Source of the DNA: Leptogorgia sarmentosa
Lineage: Eukaryota
Direction: 5' to 3'
Length of the DNA: 64,000 nucleotides
NCBI GenBank assembly: GCA_964658305.1
Contig: OZ210885.1
Location: 19,034,001-19,098,000, forward strand
In this document: piece by piece, positions 36,276-50,966 of the stretch
Layout: each line of letters opens with the position of its first letter
Position numbering within the stretch: position 1 is the stretch's first letter
The notes under the pieces: model-generated
The model's database searches: none
The model's input: only the letters and a program-made list of their open reading frames with translations
What the model was told of the DNA's origin: nothing
Program-made: the position numbers and the translations under genes

Positions 36276-39200
36276 GACAACGACAACGACAACGACAACG
36301 ACCAACGACCAACAACGACCAACAACGACCAACAACGACCAACAACGACCAACGACCAACGACCAACCACGACCAACCACGACCAACAACGACCAACCAC
36401 GACCAACAACGACCAACAACGACCAACAACGACCAACAACGACCAACAACGACCAACAACGACCAACAACGACCAACAACGACCAACAACGACCAACAAC
36501 GACCAACAACGACCAACAACGACCAACAACGACCAACAACGACCAACAACGACCAACAACGACCAACAACGACCAACAACGACCAACAACGACCAACAAC
36601 GACCAACAACGACCAACAACGACCAACAACGACCAACAACGACCAACAACGACCAACAACGACCAACAACGACCAACAACGACCAACAACGACCAACAAC
36701 GACCAACAACGACCAACAACGACCAACAACGACCAACAACGACCAACAACGACCAACAACGACCAACAACGACCAACAACGACCAACAACGACCAACAAC
36801 GACCAACGACGACGACCAACGACGACGACCAACGACGACGACCAACGACGACGACCAACGACGACGACCAACGACGACGACCAACGACGACGACCAACGA
36901 CGACGACCAACGACGACGACCAACGACGACGACCAACGACGACGACCAACGACGACGACCAACGACGACCAACAACGACGACCAACAACAACAACAACCA
37001 CCAACAACAACAACCACCAACAACAACAACCACCAACAACAACCACCAACAACAACCAACAACAACCACCAACAACCACCAACCACCAACAACCACCAAC
37101 AACAACAACAACCACCAACAACAACCAACAACAACAACAACCAACAACAACCAACAACAACCACCACCAACAACAACCACCAACAACAACAACAACCACC
37201 AACAACAACAACAACCACCAACAACAACAACAACCACCAACAACAACAACAACCACCAACAACAACAACAACCACCACCAACAACAACAACCACCACCAA
37301 CAACAACAACCACCACCAACAACAACAACCACCACCAACAACAACAACCACCAACAACAACAACAACCACCAACAACAACAACAACCACCAACAACAACA
37401 ACCACCAACGACCAACGACCAACAACGACCAACAACGACCAACAACGACCAACGACCAACGACCAACCACGACCAACCACGACCAACAACGACCAACAAC
37501 GACCAACAACGACCAACAACGACCAACAACGACCAACAACGACCAACAACGACCAACAACGACCAACAACGACCAACAACGACGACCAACAACGACGACC
37601 AACAACGACGACCAACAACGACGACCAACAACGACGACCAACAACGACGACCAACAACGACGACCAACAACGACGACCAACAACGACGACCAACAACGAC
37701 GACCAACAACGACGACCAACAACGACGACCAACAACGACGACCAACAACGACGACCAACAACGACCAACAACGACGACCAACAACGACGACCAACAACGA
37801 CGACCAACAACGACGACGACCAACGACGACCAACGACGACGACCAACGACGACCAACGACGACCAACGACGACCAACGACGACCAACGACGACCAACGAC
37901 GACCAACGACGACCAACGACGACCAACGACGACCAACGACGACCAACGACGACCAACGACGACCAACGACGACCAACGACGACCAACGACGACCAACGAC
38001 GACCAACGACGACCAACAACGACCAACAACGACCAACAACGACCAACAACGACCAACAACGACCAACAACGACCAACAACGACCAACAACCAACAACAAC
38101 CAACAACAACCACCAACAACCACCAACAACCACCAACAACAACCAACAACAACCAACAACAACCAACAACGACCAACAACCAACAACAACCAACAACAAC
38201 CACCAACAACCACCAACAACCACCAACAACAACCAACAACAACCAACAACAACCAACAACAACCAACAACAACCAACAACAACCAACAACAACCAACAAC
38301 AACCAACAACAACCAACAACAACCAACAACAACCAACAACAACAACCAACAACAACAACCAACAACAACAACCAACAACAACCAACAACAACCAACAACA
38401 ACCAACAACAACCAACAACAACCAACAACAACAACCAACAACAACAACCAACAACAACAACCAACAACCAACAACAACAACCAACAACAACCAACAACAA
38501 CCAACAACAACCAACAACAACCAACAACAACCAACAACAACCAACAACAACCAACAACAACCAACAACAACCAACAACAACCAACAACAACCAACAACAA
38601 CCAACAACAACCAACAACAACCAACAACAACCAACAACAACCAACAACAACCAACAACAACCAACAACAACCAACAACAACCAACAACAACCAACAACAA
38701 CCAACAACAACCAACAACCAACAACAACCAACAACAACCAACAACAACCAACAACAACCAACAACAACCAACAACAACCAACAACAACCAACAACAACCA
38801 ACAACAACCAACAACAACCAACAACAACCAACAACAACCAACAACAACCAACAACAACCAACAACAACCAACAACCAACAACAACCAACAACAACCAACA
38901 ACAACCAACAACAACCAACAACAACCAACAACAACCAACAACAACCAACAACAACCAACAACAACCAACAACAACCAACAACAACCAACAACAACCAACA
39001 ACAACCAACAACAACCAACAACAACCAACAACAACCAACAACAACCAACAACAACCAACAACAACCAACAACAACCAACAACAACCAACAACAACCAACA
39101 ACAACCAACAACAACCAACAACAACCAACAACAACCAACAACAACCAACAACAACCAACAACAACCAACAACAACCAACAACAACCAACAACAACCAACA

Positions 39201-42200
39201 ACAACCAACAACAACCAACAACAACCAACAACAACCAACAACAACCAACAACAACCAACAACAACCAACAACCAACAACCAACAACCAACAACAACCAAC
39301 AACCAACAACCAACAACCAACAACCAACAACCAACAACCAACAACCAACAACCAACAACCAACAACCAACAACCAACAACCAACAACCAACAACCAACAA
39401 CCAACAACAACCAACAACAACCAACCAACAACCAACAACCAACAACCAACAACCAACAACCAACAACCAACAACCAACAACCAACAACCAACAACCAACA
39501 ACAACCAACAACAACCAACCAACAACCAACAACAACCAACAACCAACAACAACCAACAACAACAACCAACAACAACAACCAACAACAACAACCAACAACA
39601 ACAACCAACAACAACAACCAACAACAACAACCAACAACAACAACCAACAACAACAACCAACAACAACAACCAACAACAACCACCACCAACAACAACAACA
39701 ACAACAACCACCACCAACAACAACAACAACCACCACCAACAACAACAACAACCACCACCACCAACAACAACAACAACCACCAACAACAACAACAACAACC
39801 ACCAACAACAACAACAACAACAACAACCACCAACAACAACAACAACAACCACCAACAACAACAACAACAACCACCAACAACAACAACAACAACCACCAAC
39901 AACAACAACAACAACAACCACCACGAACAACAACAACAACCACCACCAACAACAACCACCACCAACAACAACCACCACCAACAACAACCACCAACAACAA
40001 CAACAACCACCACCAACAACAACAACAACCACCACCAACAACAACCACCACCAACAACAACCACCACCAACAACAACAACAACAACCACCAACAACAACA
40101 ACAACAACCAACAACAACAACAACAACCACCAACAACAACAACCACCAACAACAACAACAACAACAACCACCAACAACAACCACCACCAACAACAACAAC
40201 AACAACAACAACCACCAACAACAACCACCACCAACAACAACCACCACCAACAACAACCACCACCAACAACAACCACCACCAACAACAACCACCACCAACA
40301 ACAACCACCACCAACAACAACCACCAACAACAACAACCACCACCAACAACAACCACCACCAACAACAACCACCACCAACAACAACCACCAACAACAACCA
40401 CCAACAACAACCACCAACAACAACAACCACCAACAACAACCACCAACAACAACCACCAACAACAACCACCAACAACAACCAACAACAACCACCAACAACC
40501 ACCAACAACCACCAACCACCAACAACCACCAACAACAACAACAACCACCAACAACAACCAACAACAACAACAACCAACAACAACCAACAACAACCACCAC
40601 CAACAACAACCACCAACAACAACAACAACCACCAACAACCAACAACAACCACCAACAACAACAACAACCACCAACAACCACCAACAACAACAACAACCAC
40701 CAACAACAACAACAACCACCAACAACAACAACAATCAACAACAACAACAACCACCAACAACAACAACCACCAACAAGTACAACAACCACCAACAACAACA
40801 ACAACCACCAACAACAACAACAACCACCAACAACAACAACAACCACCAACAACAACAACAACCACCAACAACAACAACAACCACCAACAACAACAACAAC
40901 CACCAACAACAACAACAACCACCAACAACAACAACAACCACCACCAACAACAACAACCAACAACAACAACAACAACCAACAACAACAACAACCACCAACA
41001 ACAACAACCACCAACAACAACCACCAACAACAACCACCAACAACAACCACCAACAACAACCACCAACAACCACCAACAACAACCACCAACAACAACCACC
41101 ACCACCAACAACAACAACAACCACCAACAACAACAACAACCACCAACAACAACAACAACCACCAACAACAACAACAACCACCAACAACAACAACAACCAC
41201 CAACAACAACAACAACCACCAACAACAACAACAACCACCAACAACAACAACAACCAACAACAACCACCAACAACAACAACCACCAACAACAACAACCACC
41301 AACAACAACCACCAACAACAACCACCACCACCAACCACCAACAACCACCAACAACAACCACCAACAACAACCACCACCACCAACAACAACAACAACCACC
41401 AACAACAACAACAACCACCAACAACAACAACAACCACCAACAACAACAACAACCACCAACAACAACAACAACCACCAACAACAACAACAACCACCAACAA
41501 CAACAACAACAACAACCACCAACAACAACCACCAACAACAACCACCAACAACAACCACCGACAACAACCACCGACAACAACCACCAACAACAACCACCAA
41601 CAACCACCAACAACAACCACCAACAACAACCACCACCACCAACAACAACAACAACCACCAACAACAACAACAACCACCAACAACAACAACAACCACCAAC
41701 AACAACAACAACCACCAACAACAACAACAACCACCAACAACAACAACAACCACCAACAACAACAACCACCAACAACAACAACCACCAACAACAACAACCA
41801 CCAACAACAACAACAACCAACAACAACAACAACCAACAACAACAACAACCAACAACAACAACAACCAACAACAACAACAACCAACAACAACAACAACCAA
41901 CAACAACAACAACCAACAACAACAACAACCAACAACAACAACAACCAACAACAACAACAACCAACAACAACAACAACCAACAACAACAACAACCACCAAC
42001 CAACAACAACCACCAACAACAACAACCACCAACCAACAACAACCACCAACAACAACAACCACCACCAACAACAACAACAACAACCACCACCAACAACAAC
42101 CACCACCAACAACAACCACCAACAACCACCAACAACCACCAACAACCACCAACAACCAACAACAACAACAACCACCAACAACAACAACAACAACCAACAA

Positions 42201-43636
42201 CAACAACAACAACCACCAACAACAACAACCACCAACAACAACAACAACAACAACCACCAACAACAACAACCACCAACAACAACAACAACAACAACCACCA
42301 ACAACAACCACCACCAACAACAACAACCACCACCAACAACAACCACCACCAACAACAACCACCACCAACAACAACCACCACCACCAACAACAACCACCAA
42401 CAACACAACCACCAACAACAACCACCAACAACAACCACCAACAACAACCACCACCAACAACCACCAACAACAACCACCACCAACAACAACCACCAACAAC
42501 AACCACCAACAACAACCACCAACAACAACCACCAACAACAACCACCAACAACAACCACCAACAACAACCACCAACAACAACCACCAACAACAACCACCAA
42601 CAACAACCACCAACAACAACCACCAACAACAACCACCAACAACAACCACCAACAACCACCAACAACAACCACCAACAACCACCAACAACAACAACAACCA
42701 CCAACAACCACCAACAACCACCAACAACCACCAACAACAACAACAACCACCAACAACAACAACAACCACCAACAACAACAACCACCAACAACAACAACAA
42801 CCACCAACAACAACAACAACCACCAACAACAACAACAACCACCAACAACAACAACAACCACCAACAACAACAACAACCACCACCAACAACAACAACAACC
42901 ACCAACAACAACAACAACCACCAACAACAACAACAACAACCACCAACAACAACAACCACCAACAACAACAACCACCAACAACAACAACCAACAACAACAA
43001 CAACCAACAACAACAACAACCACCAACCAACAACAACCACCAACAACAACAACCACCAACCAACAACAACCACCAACAACAACAACCACCACCAACAACA
43101 ACCACCAACAACAACCACCAACAACAACCACCAACAACCACCACCAACAACCACCAACAACCACCAACAACCACCAACAACCAACAACAACCAACAACAA
43201 CCAACAACAACCAACAACAACCAACAACAACCAACAACAACCAACAACAACCAACAACAACCAACAACAACCAACAACAACCAACAACAACCAACAACAA
43301 CCAACAACAACCAACAACAACCAACAACAACAACCAACAACAACCACCAACAACCACCAACAACCAACAACAACCAACAACAACCAACAACAACCAACAA
43401 CAACCAACAAAAACCAACAACAACCAACAAAAACCAACAACAACCAACAACAACCAACAACAACCAACAACAACCAACAACAACCAACAACAACCAACAA
43501 CAACCAACAACAACCAACAACAACCAACAACAACCAAGAACAACCAACAACAACCAACAACAACCAACAACAACCAACAACAACCAACAACAACCAACAA
43601 CAACCAACAACAACCAACAACAACCAACAACAACAA
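36276..43636. repeat. About 7.4-kb compound micro/minisatellite built from AAC/ACC/GAC blocks (7-, 10-, 13- and longer units)
   Basis: Long runs of GACCAACAAC, GACCAACGAC and AACCAACAAC; the plus strand is essentially T-free. Confidence 0.97.
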
Positions 43637-44082
43637 TGGAAACTTTATTAATAAACTTTTTAGTATACATATAAAATTGTAAATCTCACTTATGTCAGGA
43701 AATCTGCTACCTGAATCAATATTACAATCTGCTACCTGAATCAATTATTGAACTACAATATTATATAATGGACGTACAACAATATAACAAATAAGAAATA
43801 TAAACATTTAAAAAGTCAGTAATTCCGGATTTGTCCACTCTTTATTCCGACAACAAAATATATAATATGTTGTTCTGATTGCAATCGTTGTCATTCATTT
43901 GATATAGAATATTTTCTGGTTATTTTCAAGGCCAAGGTCGTCGAGCATTTCTAAGAATTCTGAGCATTGGTTTGCAAAAATACCAAGGGAACTCATTGAA
44001 AAATTTATAAATTTAACTGATTTGAAATTTTTATGCTGTTCACTAGTCAATTCTAAGTATTTACCCTTTTTTGTTTAATGTT
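43637..44082 (-). mobile_element. 3' end of a second HERO/NeSL-like RLE LINE copy
   Basis: Minus strand translates to KFINFSMSSLGIF...IAIRTTYYIFCCRNKEWTNPELLTF*, homologous to 9164-9370. The 3' UTR ends AATAAAGTTTCCATT followed by GTT repeats. Confidence 0.85.
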
Positions 44083-47000
44083 TAGTAGGGTCAATAGTTG
44101 GAGTTTCGTGACCAACCTCCGGCTAGTAAAGTTTAATCATTTATTTTTGTTCTTTAGGGTATTTATAACAAAATAAGCTTCCATGCCGGTTTGGGAAATT
44201 TGGGCAACAGTCTGTAGAGGGCATTGAACTAAATAAAACTGGAAGGCTACTTCCGGCCGGAAACTTGAAGCCAAATCGGCCCCAGTCTTTCCACGCAATG
44301 TAGACACGGCCAAAACAAAAACATTTCTGTTTTTTGTTGAAAAAACTTGAACAAAGCTCGCAAAAAAGAGTTTTAGGAAGATATGAATCATTTATATGTA
44401 ACATAAATTTGGCGAAGGCTTGGTTTTCATTAAAATGACCAGTTTTTGCCAAATTCTGTATGGTGCTGCCTGAAAAAACTAGCGCTTTTTGTAAAAAAAC
44501 CCGAACGGCGATAAGTGGCCTTTTGAGGTTTTGCCACTTTCGCTATGTCGGGCTGTCATTTTTCGTCTATTCTTGACTTTCTTCAAAAATTGTTCGCCCA
44601 CAGGCAACCATGACATAGTCATAGACTAAAATCTGTTGTGATTCCATTTGTAGCCAGCTTTCGAATCAATATGTCAAGCACATGAGATCCGTTTTAATCG
44701 AGACACAATCGTTTGTTTTCGGCGAGTTTACCTTACAGAAATTCATTTGGTCACCATAAAATTTAATTTTTCTGTATTCATAGCACAAGAAATGGCTTTG
44801 AAACAGTAAAAAAACAGTAAAATCACTTCTCTATCGCATCGCAAATTCCTACTTTCTCTTTTGAAAACATGTTGTTGACTTGTTCGCTCCTTTCTACCGT
44901 GTGAGAATGTCACGTAGCTGAAATCGCGTGGAATTACCCCGTGGAATTATTAATTCTTCCACGCAAAATTTTGGCTTCAATTTTTTCGTTCCCGTTAATA
45001 TGAAGGTAGCCTTCCAGTTATATATAGTTCAATGGTAGAGGGTAAAATAAAATACAGCAAATGGCGGCCATTTTGAATATATAAATTTTTCAACATTGTG
45101 GTATTGTTTGGTGAAAAAGACCTTTCTTCTTGCAATTTCATATCAAATTCTATGATAAAATTAAGAACACAGTTATATTTAGTACAAAAATAATTTAATA
45201 CCCCTGTGAGAGGGGAATTGCCGGAAGGAACAATAACTTCTATTTTTGGAACACTATATTTATCTTACATGAAGTACGGGTTGTTTCCTTTATTGAAAAC
45301 AGCAATTTTCCACCTGGATTTTGTAAATTAGCCAGAAATTATGTATTCTTGTAGTTTTTCAAAACATGTAGAAAATGACTTCTACGAAGTTCTCTTGTCT
45401 ACTTCAATGCAAAAAACCATGTAATGCATCAAATGCAATGGACAACTTAAGTAAAGAAGCATGGGAAAAACTAAAGCATAAAGCTTCGAACTGGAAAGGT
45501 CTCGATAGGTTTGGAGATGTTTATGACACTGTGGACTGGCATCTTGGAGCCAGTGGAAAACACATACACCCCAATTGTCGACTTGATATATCCAGCTCAG
45601 ATAAACTAAATAGAGCAAAATCCAAGCAACAAAAACGTGAAAGAGAATCTGAATCCTTTGATCACCCCAAATGTGCAGGTGATGACGGTTTGCCAACACC
45701 TGCACCAAAACGTCTGCGGTGGGTATTGTACATGAGAAAAATCTCTGTGTATGGTGCATGAAACCTGAAGACACCAAGCATCTCGAACGCACAGGAAAAT
45801 TGCTTCTCATTTCATACATAACGTCATGGAACGTTTTTAAAAGCCACACCATAGTACTTGAGGATGACCACATGAGAGATCGAATAAACCGCCTTATCGA
45901 CTCAGTAACTGACTCCTTTAGGACTGAGATAAGATACCATCACAAGTGTTGGCTTAAGTACATTGGTGCGTATCAAAAGCTGCCTGTTGAAGAACAACCC
46001 AACCTCCTTAATCAAGTGACATTTCGTGAAGAGCAGACTATGTTTCTAAACCATGCTCATCAGGTAATTTTTGAAAACCATGAGATCAGGACGCTTCAAG
46101 GATTGCTAAGCGATTATAAAAACATTGTAGGCACTTACGGTTTCCCAACGTTGTGTGTCAAATCGAGCTATCTGAGAGAGATGTTAATATGGGAATTTGG
46201 AGACGACTTAGGTTTTCATGTACGCCCTCAGAAAACTGAGAGTGAGGTTGTCTATGATATGGACGGTGGTGCTTCGTACATTGAGGCAACTATCTCCTCG
46301 CTTGGAATAAGTAGTGACCAACTAATAGAGAACGTGGCAAGCAGGCTGAGGAGCGAGATAAAGCAAACAACAACAATCCCTTGGCCACCACAAGTTGCTT
46401 AACTAGAGCAAGAGGAAAACCTTTCCACTCTACTTGTTCAGCTTATCTCGTCACTCAAAAAACCTAGACAGGCTGAGCATGATAACAAAGCCCGTGCTCT
46501 AGCTTCAATGATCACCTACTATGTCACTGGCAGACCAACAATCACGACAACAAACCTTAGTATGAATTTGCACGGTCTCACTCGTAGTAAGGAGTTAGTC
46601 GATACATTCCACAAATGTGGTGTTGGTATTGGTTATCCATTGGTTCTCCTATTGCGTGATGCATGGGCATTGCATGATATACAACTATGCGCTGAGTGTC
46701 CAAATGAGATTGCTGAGAACACACCAGGTGTCATCATCGTTGACAACGATAATTTTCGAAATGACACGTTGACTGGTGGCGATACATCACATCGCACTAA
46801 CGTTATGTATGTCCAGTCGCTCACTCTTGAACATCATGGTTATCAGGATGGTGAACGTGTTAAAAATAGAAGAGTCCTGTCATCGAAACTTAAAGAGATA
46901 ACGAAAGGCATGACGGCACACGAATGATACATCACCCGTAAAAGAGGGGAGCCCGCAGTCAGTGACAGAGTCCAACTTATACTTGGAAGTACAGAGCCTC

Positions 47001-48295
47001 AAAGAAAGCGTTTTCTTATCCAAGCATTGGTTCGTGCAAATTCTACTTGCGAGAGACCTCCGATTGTTGATCAAGTCGTTCCTGCATTTTCTGGTTTCCA
47101 GGCTTTGATGTCATCGTCTGTAGAAAAGAGCAAACCTTACTACTTTATGACCTATCCAGATCCTCCCAAGAAGTCGGTTCTTAACGATGTTCTAAACAAG
47201 GCAAAGTGCGCGATTGAAAGAAAGAACATGCCATTTGCAGTAGTTGTCGGTGATCAACCAGTGTACACACTGCTTGTTGAGATTAAGAGCGAACATCCAG
47301 ACAAATTCAAGCAAATCATTCCATTCCTTGGTCCATTCCATACTCAATGTTCTATGATCTATACTATATACAAGCGTCATCAAGGGAGCGAGCTAGCTGA
47401 TGTCTTAGTTGCTGCTGGTGTAATTGCTGAGGGTTCTGTCGATCAAGCATTAAAGGGGAAGCATTATAGACGAGCTCTTCGTTGCCTCATGTTAATGTAT
47501 GAAGCACTCATGCATATGCTCCTAAAACGACTTCGTGATTGATTACAGCTCGATGCTTTCACGCTGTCTCGTATAGAAATACTCTGCGATCTGAAGAAAA
47601 ACTCCCAAGAAACCCTTGCTAGTGCTCACAAGGAACTCGAATCTGATCCAGCCTTAGATGCCCTCGTCAATAGCATGTTTGAAAACATTGAGAGGACAGA
47701 CATGGCCTGCTACTGGCTTGATTTTATGACGATGGTGGAGATCTTGATGGGGATGATCTGGCGTCTTGCATCTCCCACATTGGATGACCGAGAGAAGCCC
47801 GATGGTTTTGCTTACACATGGAGTGATTACACCAAAAAAGTTATCAGCATGCTATTTGCCCGTCATGTGGACGCTACTACTATCGTGTGCATCAACGATC
47901 CCTACGACCGTACTGAATCTATTAAAGATGACGAACGTGGGTTGCGTATTCAGGGTAAAGGTCATATTCCCAATGTGTACATGAAGTTAACTGACAAGTT
48001 TCCATCGATCAGAGATTTTAAGACCTTTCTTCGCAGTTCCGCAAATAAGAAGCGTCTTCAAACCCTAATCAGATCCCAACTATGTGAGATTGCACACTCC
48101 ATTAATCAGGTCTTGCTTTACTCAGTAGGAGAAGATTGTGTAAACCTCTCATCTGGCAATGTTCTACCAGACTTGGCATTCAATCAGTGCGAAGCTGACA
48201 CAATCATGTTGTCTTTCTACACAGCTCTGAGGGCATCTGGCCAAAATGACCCTGTCGTCATAGACGCAGCGGACACTGATGTTTACATACAGGCT
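44083..48295 (+). mobile_element. Academ transposon #2, no intron seen, internally deleted and 3'-truncated
   Basis: TAGTAGGG terminus where the LINE breaks off. ORF pieces 45375-48295 with HPNC, YHHKC, IVDNDNF, VVGDQPVY, LGPFH, CEADTIM and DTDV. Jump near 47750; no right TIR. Confidence 0.8.
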
Positions 48296-48354
48296 TTTAC
48301 TGTTCAGGTTAGTGTTTAATGCGAGGGTCAGTGTTTACTGTTAGGGTCAGTTCT

Positions 48355-50318
48355 TATCCAATCAAATATGCCGGTTGCATACGCCTCGAGATCTCTAACG
48401 CAGGCAGAAACCAGATATGCACAGAGAGAAAAAAAACTCTTAGCAATAGTGTTCGGATGCAATCGGTTCTATCAGTATATCTGTGGCAAACAAGTTGTAG
48501 TTGAATCAGACCACCAGCCACTTCAAGCCATTACGAAAAAGTCTCTGGATAAAGCGCCAATTCGTTTGCAAAGAATGCTGTTGAATTTACAAAGTTTTGA
48601 TATCGAGATAAAATATAGACCTGGCAAGGAACTATATTTAGCTGACACGTTGTCAAGAGCCCATTTATCTATTTGCAAATCTGAAGAAGAAACACTAGAT
48701 TTGGACCATCATGCGATTTCTATGATCTCAACCCTACCTGTATCGGATGACAAGTTGAGAGAGATCAAGGAAGAAACAAGTAAAGATGGGACAATGCAAA
48801 CATTAGTAAAGATTATCTCTGAAGGTTGGCCAAGTCACAGAGATCATCTCTCAAGTTCATAATATTCACTCTGGAATTACAGAGAGGAGATAACAGTAAT
48901 TGAAGGTGTGGTATTCAAGGGTAACAAGATATTCATTCCACCCTTGTTACGAGCATATGGAGATAGGGCATAGAGAGAAGTAAACAACGGGCTCGTGAAT
49001 TGGTTTTTTGGCCAGGCATAAATAAAGATATCGAGTCGGTGGTCAAGAATTGTACTGTATGTGCAGAATACAGATCCAGCAATCAGAAAGAGCCCATGGT
49101 TTTAAACGCAGTTCCAAAATATCCATGGCAGATTGTTGCCACAGATATGTTCTTCTGGAACGGTGATGATTATCTATTAGTCGTTGACTACTACAGCAGA
49201 TTCTGGGAGATATTTAAAGTCTCAAGCACGAAGAACGCAGTAATAATCGACAAGATGAAAACTCTTTTTGTAAGACATGGGATACCAGAAGTCATCAAAT
49301 CCGATAATGGTCCACAGTATTCATGCGGACAGTTTGCCGAATTTGCCAAGACGTGGGGTTTTAAACACGTAACTTTGAGTCCATTGTATCCAAAGTCGAA
49401 CGGCCTAGTGGAAAGAACTGTTCGAATAGTGAAGTTAATTCTATCGAACGCCCGAAAAGATCATCAAGATCCATACTTAGCCATATTGGAAAACCGAAAT
49501 ACGCCAATTAACGATGTGGGATCGCCAGCACAATTGAGTATGGGAAGAAGATTACGATCAAAAATGCCATCTTCAACTGAGCAGCTGCAGCCAAAGATGG
49601 TCAATCCAACAATTGTTCAGAAAAGATTAAAGCAAAAACAAGCTGAACAGAAAAAGTACTACAATAGATCATCGAAACATTTATCGGAAGGCGATGATGT
49701 TTTTGTTCAGCGCAAGGGAAAATGGGAACCTGCTATTGTCACAAGCAAAGCAGATACCCAAGGAACCGAAGAAACAGAGTACACTTGAGGAAAACGTATA
49801 ATCAAGTTCCACAATCCCCATCTGTAAGGGAAACAACTGAAAGTCCGTCACAGGAAGAAAGCAAAGTCAATTCACCAACAACGAATGAACCACATGAACA
49901 ATTACAACAGCAAAAAATAAGAGAAGAAAGCCAAGAGATCCTCCGTTCCACGGATGAAACAGAACTGCCCGTGAAGACAAGATCAGGACGGATTGTAAGG
50001 AAGCCAGAACGGTATAAGGACTATGTATAGAAACATTTAAATTTAATATAAGTAGAACACTAATAAACAACATTAATATTAAGAAACTATTCACTAGATA
50101 TATATCTCGGACACATATTTTTTATCTATGATGAAAACTTGAACAAAAATATAGATTAGAGATTTTTTATTTAATTTATGAAATTTAGCTATAAAAAGGG
50201 GGTTGTAATATTATTATGCATGCTACGTCATAATTATGCTAATTATTGTACAGTATATAAACACATGTAATTAGTGAGTACGGGGTTGTTTTTCAAATAC
50301 ATAGAACATAACATAACA
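48355..50318 (+). mobile_element. 3' half of a Gypsy element (RNase H, integrase, PPT, probable 3' LTR 50204-50318)
   Basis: PVAYASRSLT..YAQ.EK, SDHQPL, LADTLSR, FWPG, ATDMF, SDNGPQ, SNGLVER, TRSGR. AAAAAGGGGG PPT followed by TGTAAT...ATAACA. Confidence 0.85.
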
Positions 50319-50966
50319 CTTTGTACACAGCATTTGGAGGAGAATGTTCGCCAATATTTGACAAACATGATTGGGGTAAGGGACAAAGTTAGAAAGAAAG
50401 TTGTAAGTGATATTTTTGAAAAGCATGGATTAACGTCACTTAACGAGATGAAAAAGTTCGAACTGAGACTGATGAAGCTTTCTGACAAATACTTTAAGTA
50501 TTTACCATCATTTGAAGAATACTTAACAAAAGTTGGAGAAAAAATTCGAACAGGCGTTTTACAACTGCGCATAGAGAATACATGGCTTCCTATTAACTGG
50601 AAGAACAATTTGTGAGTCCATGAACCACGTCATTGAGCTCTCAGCAAACTGGAAAACAATGAAATTGCCAGACTTGGTTGAAAGACTCCACAAAATTGTT
50701 AAGCTTCAGCAAGTTGAGTGCAGGAGAGCTATATATGGTCATGGTAATTATGAGTTGGCTCCGTGGATGTCCAAATTCAAAATTCAATATGTACACTGGG
50801 TACAGAAAACCGCAGAAGAAAAAGAGGCGTTGTTCGCAAAATTTATCAAGGGTATGCCAGCAAAGAAAAAACAGTTTCCTCTACAGATGGTCATTTAACA
50901 ATTCCAAAAACTTCTAAAACTGCAAAGAAACCAGGCCAATGTAAGAGAATTAAAAGTTCCTCCTTT
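50319..50966 (+). pseudogene. MULE/Mutator-like transposase C-terminal fragment
   Basis: LCTQHLEEN (CxxH), WKNNL/CESMNHV (catalytic E region), RRAIYGHGNYEL, KKPGQ; frameshifted. Confidence 0.6.

Noticed and set aside
35637..43744. Giant ORFs of 962-2677 aa on both strands
   Set aside because: They arise because the A/C/G-only satellite cannot form stop codons. Only the 35647-36263 part is real LINE coding sequence.
43701..43745. Short local duplications (also about 51065-51090 and 57462-57507)
   Set aside because: Two-copy slippage duplications with no evident function.
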